A stretch of DNA of 64,000 nt from contig CBDBOV010000006.1 in the NCBI GenBank assembly GCA_965208575.1, forward strand, positions 672,001 through 736,000, in the 5' to 3' direction. The stretch is from Spirochaetia bacterium (GTDB taxonomy: Bacteria; Spirochaetota; Spirochaetia; SZUA-6; Bin103). Below are positions 60,096 through 64,000 of the stretch, in pieces. Under the pieces are notes generated by a model. That model was not told the origin of the DNA. It did not search any database and worked only from the letters and a program-made list of their open reading frames with translations. Within the stretch, counting starts at the first letter, position 1. The number at the start of each line of letters is the position of its first letter. The translations under genes were made by a program, and so were the position numbers.

Positions 60096-60397
60096 CAGGA
60101 ATCGAGCAAGTCGGCGGCCTCGGGGTATGCGCGAACCGCGAGGCGAGGGCCGAGCTTGAGCAGGGCGAGGCGCAACTGGCACTCGGGCTCGGAGGCGTGC
60201 GGGTGACGCTTCCGGATACCGGCCAGTGCCAATTCCTGAGCGGCACGGCTCAGGCCATCCACAGCACGCGCCTTCTCCAGCGGTGACATTCGCCGCCACA
60301 GGGCGATCTGCAACCGCTCCACCTCCGGCAACGAATCGCGGCTCAGCATCCCGTGCTCTCTGCGGCTCGCAGCGCCCTTCTCAGTCATTGATTTCAT
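60095..60397 (-). CDS. small helical protein coupled to the nucleotidyltransferase (putative antitoxin-like partner)
   Basis: ERLQIALWRRMSPLEK...GIRKRHPHAS pattern; TGATG overlap; start may be 60397 or 60349. Confidence 0.65.
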   Translation of the reverse strand: MKSMTEKGAASRREHGMLSRDSLPEVERLQIALWRRMSPLEKARAVDGLSRAAQELALAGIRKRHPHASEPECQLRLALLKLGPRLAVRAYPEAADLLDS

Positions 60398-60507
60398 GTT
60401 ACCGGCTCCAGCCATGGGGCGAGCAAGCGTCGCGGACCGGCTGCAGCGCGGTGACGGCACGACCGGCGGCGGCGTCCGCGGGGCCGGTCACCGACCGCGC
60501 CCTCCGG

Positions 60508-61212
60508 TCACTCGACCGAACTCTCTGCGAGGCCGAACCGCTCGCGCAGTCCGTCGAGCGAGAACTCCTCGCCGCGCACGAAGTCGATCATCTCCTGCTC
60601 GCGCGCCACCACGTCGGCCGCCGCCTTCGGCAGGTCGGGGGCGATCTCCAGCGGAATGTTCACCACGCCGTTGGCGTCGCCGTGGATCAGGTCGCCGGGC
60701 ACCACCTCCACCTCGCTCACCGCCACGGGTACGTTCACGTCGACTACCTGGAAGCGGCCGTGGGCGGGCGTCATGCCCGGCGCGAAGTAGTGGAAGCCCA
60801 GCCCCCGCACGCCGTCCAGGTCGCGAATGCCGCCGTCGGTGACCAGGCCGATGGCGCCGAGCGCGTGGGCGGTGTTGGCCATCACGTCGCCGCAGTGGCA
60901 GGCGTGCGAATTGCGCGGCGAGATGTCCTTGAACACCAGCACCGCCGGCTTCGGCGCCGCGGCGACCGCCTCCCACAGGCGCAGCATCGGCGCCCGGCTC
61001 AGCTCCCGCGACGGGGTCATCGAGTCGACCGTGGCGGTAACCGCGTAGCCGAGCATCACGCCGAGGTTCGGGAACTGGCAGCGGATGTTCCAGCCCATGA
61101 ACCCCTCCGAGTCGCGCCGCACCTCGAACGGCTCGATGGCGTTGCAGATGGTGGGCGTGTCGATCTCCCTGAGGGCCTCGAACTGCTGCGGGGTAAGCAT
61201 GGCCGGCAGCAT
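60508..61212 (-). CDS. RraA/HMG-aldolase family protein
   Basis: DTPTICNAIE, GYAVT, GDVM, VTDGGIRD, PGDLIHGDANGV. Confidence 0.88.
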   Translation of the reverse strand: MLPAMLTPQQFEALREIDTPTICNAIEPFEVRRDSEGFMGWNIRCQFPNLGVMLGYAVTATVDSMTPSRELSRAPMLRLWEAVAAAPKPAVLVFKDISPRNSHACHCGDVMANTAHALGAIGLVTDGGIRDLDGVRGLGFHYFAPGMTPAHGRFQVVDVNVPVAVSEVEVVPGDLIHGDANGVVNIPLEIAPDLPKAAADVVAREQEMIDFVRGEEFSLDGLRERFGLAESSVE

Positions 61213-61267
61213 GCCCTACCGCGGCACCAGCGCCAAGCCCGCATCAGCCCGCTCGCGGCCGCCCGAT

Positions 61268-61939
61268 TCAGACGACCGGCCGCCTGCCGCTGATCGGCCT
61301 CAGGATCCGCACATCCGTGCTCAGGCACATCCGGCTTCGCTCGCGCACCGCCGCGTACCCGTCCGCCCATATTCGTTTCAGTTCGGGATCGGAGGGTTCC
61401 GGGGAAGCATCCCGCGTCTGTTCCCAATGCGCCATGTCATCGTACCGCGTCATCATGTAGATGCGTTTCTCGGGCGCGATGATCGACATCCACTGTCCCA
61501 GCGGCATGTGCCGCAGGCCCGTCTCGGCCCAGTGCCACCAGCGTTCCTCAGACAGGTACACCAACCGGTCGACGTCGTTGTCGCGCACCTCGAACGTCCT
61601 CACCGTGTAGATCCCCGGACTGCCCGACCCATCGTCCTTCGTCGGATGCCGCCGCGTCAGAAGCCGCATGGCGATCACGCTGGTGTCCCTGACCAACGCG
61701 GCGCGTGCCGTGGAAGCGTCTGAACTCCTGTCCCAGCCGCGAGTTGCCTGCCAATGGGCGAGGCTGTCGTAGCGGGTCATCGCCAGGATCCGCTCCGGAC
61801 CGCCCAGGACGACCGTCCACATCCCAATGGGTCTTGCCCCTTGCTTCTCCAGATCCGGCCAGAGTCGCTCCTCGCTGATTTTGACGAACTCGGCGTGATC
61901 CCTCCGCTCTACCTGAAAGCTCCGCAGGGTAAAGATCAT
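61268..61939 (-). CDS. tandem NIPSNAP-domain protein
   Basis: Two similar halves (IFTLRSF...IGMW...TRYDSLAHW / IYTVRTF...LGQW...TRYDDMAHW). Confidence 0.75.
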   Translation of the reverse strand: MIFTLRSFQVERRDHAEFVKISEERLWPDLEKQGARPIGMWTVVLGGPERILAMTRYDSLAHWQATRGWDRSSDASTARAALVRDTSVIAMRLLTRRHPTKDDGSGSPGIYTVRTFEVRDNDVDRLVYLSEERWWHWAETGLRHMPLGQWMSIIAPEKRIYMMTRYDDMAHWEQTRDASPEPSDPELKRIWADGYAAVRERSRMCLSTDVRILRPISGRRPVV

Positions 61940-62019
61940 GGCGCCGATAACTATGCCATAATCCGGCAGCGGGTGTGGCGCGGCGGAACACCCGGCACGC
62001 CCGCGGAGGAGACGACATC

Positions 62020-63396
62020 ATGTTGCCGAGGATCGAAGACCTGAGAGTGGTGCTGGAGCACGTGGTTGCGGACCGCGACGAGCGCGGCTACGAGGTGGAG
62101 GGCTTCCGCGAACGGATCGCGGCGGCCCCGGACAGCTACGACGCGCTGGCCGCCCTGCACGGCGAGCTGGACGCCGCGCCGCGGCGCGCGGACTGGCCCT
62201 ACGTGGAGCCGGAGGAGCTGGACGCGATCTGGGCCGAGTGCCCCGACCTGCCCGCCGACCCGGTGCGGCCGGTCGACCTGGACGACGCGCGGCGGCGCGC
62301 CGCGGCGGGTTTTCTCGGCTCGGTGTGCGGCTGCGTGCTCGGCAAGCCGGTCGAGGTGCGCACCACCATGGCGAAGCTGCGCGCCGCCGCCGAGGCGGCC
62401 GGCGAGTGGCCGATCCGCGACTACCTGTCCGAGGCCATGCTGGACGCGCTCGGCGACCGCCACCGGAGCTGGCCGGAGTCGGTGCGCGAACACATCCGCT
62501 TCGTGGCGCGCGACGACGACATCAACTACACGGTGCTCGGCATGCTGATCCTGGAGCAGCACGGCATCGCGTTCACGCGCGCCGACGTGATGCAGATGTG
62601 GCTGGCCAACCTGCCGCTCGGCTACACGTTCGGGCCGGAGCGGATGCTGCTGACCCGCGCCTCGGCGGTGGGCATCGCGGCACGCCTGCACGCCCGCCGC
62701 GGCCTGGCCGGGATCGGCGACGACCCGGAGCCGGTGCTGGCCGACCTGGTGGCGAGCTGGAACCCGGGCGACGAGCTGTGCGGGGCGCAGATCCGCGCCG
62801 ACGCCTACGGCTACGCATGCGCCGGTCGCCCGCGGCTGGCCGCCACCCTGGCGTGGCGCGACGCCGGCTGGACCCACCGCGCCACCGGCGTGTATGCCAC
62901 CATGTTCACCGCCGCCGCCATCGCCGGCGCCTTCGTGATCGACGATCCGCTGGAGCTGTGCCGCATGGCGCTGCGCTGCGTGCCCCGTAACAGCCGCTTC
63001 CGGGAGCGGGTCGGCGACTGCCTGGAGCAGGTGGCCGCGGCGAGCGACTGGCACGACGGCTACCGGCGCATCCACGACCGTTACGGCTGCTACGGCCACT
63101 GCCAGATCTACCAGGAGACCGGAACCCTCATCAACACGCTGCGCTTCGCGGCCGGCGTCGAGGAGGGCATCTGCATGCAGGTGAGCCAGGGCAACGACAC
63201 CGACAGCTACGGCGCCACCTGCGGCTCGCTGCTCGGCGTGCTGCACGGCCGCCCGCCGGAAGCGCGCTGGCTGGCGCCGTTCAACGACGAGATCCGCACC
63301 ACCGTGGCCGGCCTGTACGAGTCCTCCCTGGCCAAGGTGGCCGACCGCATGGGCCGCCTCCCCGGTCTGGCCGCGGCCCAAATTGACGATGGCTGA
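62020..63396 (+). CDS. ADP-ribosylglycohydrolase family protein
   Basis: GCVLGKPVE, DDDINY, GAQIRAD, GNDTDS; GGAGGAG RBS. Confidence 0.88.
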   Translation: MLPRIEDLRVVLEHVVADRDERGYEVEGFRERIAAAPDSYDALAALHGELDAAPRRADWPYVEPEELDAIWAECPDLPADPVRPVDLDDARRRAAAGFLGSVCGCVLGKPVEVRTTMAKLRAAAEAAGEWPIRDYLSEAMLDALGDRHRSWPESVREHIRFVARDDDINYTVLGMLILEQHGIAFTRADVMQMWLANLPLGYTFGPERMLLTRASAVGIAARLHARRGLAGIGDDPEPVLADLVASWNPGDELCGAQIRADAYGYACAGRPRLAATLAWRDAGWTHRATGVYATMFTAAAIAGAFVIDDPLELCRMALRCVPRNSRFRERVGDCLEQVAAASDWHDGYRRIHDRYGCYGHCQIYQETGTLINTLRFAAGVEEGICMQVSQGNDTDSYGATCGSLLGVLHGRPPEARWLAPFNDEIRTTVAGLYESSLAKVADRMGRLPGLAAAQIDDG

Positions 63397-63551
63397 TACG
63401 CGGCCCACTTGATTCGGCAGAATTCGACGTTATGATCCACTCGTGAAACGGCAACTCCGCGCGGACGACAGAAGCAAGCGTGAGATGGCGCCCGGCGGCC
63501 GGATGCGATCGGGCGCGGCCAACGGCTGTTGCCCCAAAGAGCCTCCCTGCA

Positions 63552-63567
63552 GTACGCTTGAACGTAC
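63552..63567. promoter_or_regulatory. palindromic operator of the phd/parE pair
   Basis: GTACG-N6-CGTAC just upstream of the GGAGG RBS. Confidence 0.5.
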
Positions 63568-63584
63568 ACTTGGAGGGACCACAC

Positions 63585-63866
63585 ATGGCACAGCTACCGG
63601 ATATCATTCCGGTCCGGGATCTGAGGCAAGCAACCGCTGCGGTCTTGCACCGGGTACAGTCTTCCGGCAAGCCGGTCGTGATCACCCAGCGAGGCCGGTC
63701 GGCGGCGGTGATGCTGAGCTTGGACGCGTACGAACGGAGCGAGCGGGAGCGCGAAGTGCTACGACTCCTGGTACGTGGCGAACAGGAGATCAGCGCCGGG
63801 ATCGGGCACGATCTGGATGATGTCCTCGCCGAAGCGGATGCGATACTTGCGCGCGATGGTTCGTGA
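63585..63866 (+). CDS. Phd/YefM-family antitoxin
   Basis: IIPVRDLR...PVVITQRGRSAAVM motif. Confidence 0.9.
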   Translation: MAQLPDIIPVRDLRQATAAVLHRVQSSGKPVVITQRGRSAAVMLSLDAYERSEREREVLRLLVRGEQEISAGIGHDLDDVLAEADAILARDGS

Positions 63867-64000
63867 GAGTCCGGTTCACCCCAGCCGGACGTACCCAGTT
63901 CCTGGAAGCCATTGCGTACATTCGGCGCGAGAATCCCTCGGCCGCTGACCGGTTCCGCGCCCGGGCGGAGGAGATCCTTCGCAGACTGCAACGCTTCCCA
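63863..64000 (+). CDS. RelE/ParE-family toxin (runs off window end)
   Basis: GTGA overlap; MRVRFTPAGRTQFLEAIAYIRRENPSAADRF...LQRFP. Confidence 0.85.
   Translation, partial: MRVRFTPAGRTQFLEAIAYIRRENPSAADRFRARAEEILRRLQRFP

Overview
High-GC bacterial chromosomal window (by eye about 70% GC in housekeeping genes). Core and metabolic genes (bcp, pgi, glnS, hsp20, recCBD, several dehydrogenases and hydrolases) are interspersed with small accessory modules. Two near-identical 1977-bp IS1634-family elements (3972-5948 +, 24086-26062 -) are independent insertions, each with its own 6-bp target duplication. The first splits the upstream gene of a lower-GC two-ATPase operon (ATPase-wHTH plus ATPase-wHTH-TPR), a candidate defence system. 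The second sits in the divergent fic/glnS promoter. Most notable observations: (i) a GlnRS whose two class I signature motifs are both altered (HIGH to GIGH, MSK to LHK); (ii) a 13-kb efflux locus with two RND pumps, an adaptor carrying a duplicated unknown C-terminal domain, one full TolC and one apparently beta-barrel-less TolC, and an OmpR-type two-component system, with a similar box upstream of both convergent operons; (iii) an outward-reading ORF in the IS end that is in frame with the neighbouring gene at both insertions; (iv) an Rpn nuclease with a strong internal RBS/ATG (RpnS-type antitoxin) fused by an apparent deletion to a truncated 2H phosphoesterase; (v) a sigma54 promoter with paired enhancer-like palindromes upstream of hsp20. 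No rRNA, tRNA or CRISPR array was recognised. All product calls come from motifs read by eye, not database searches.
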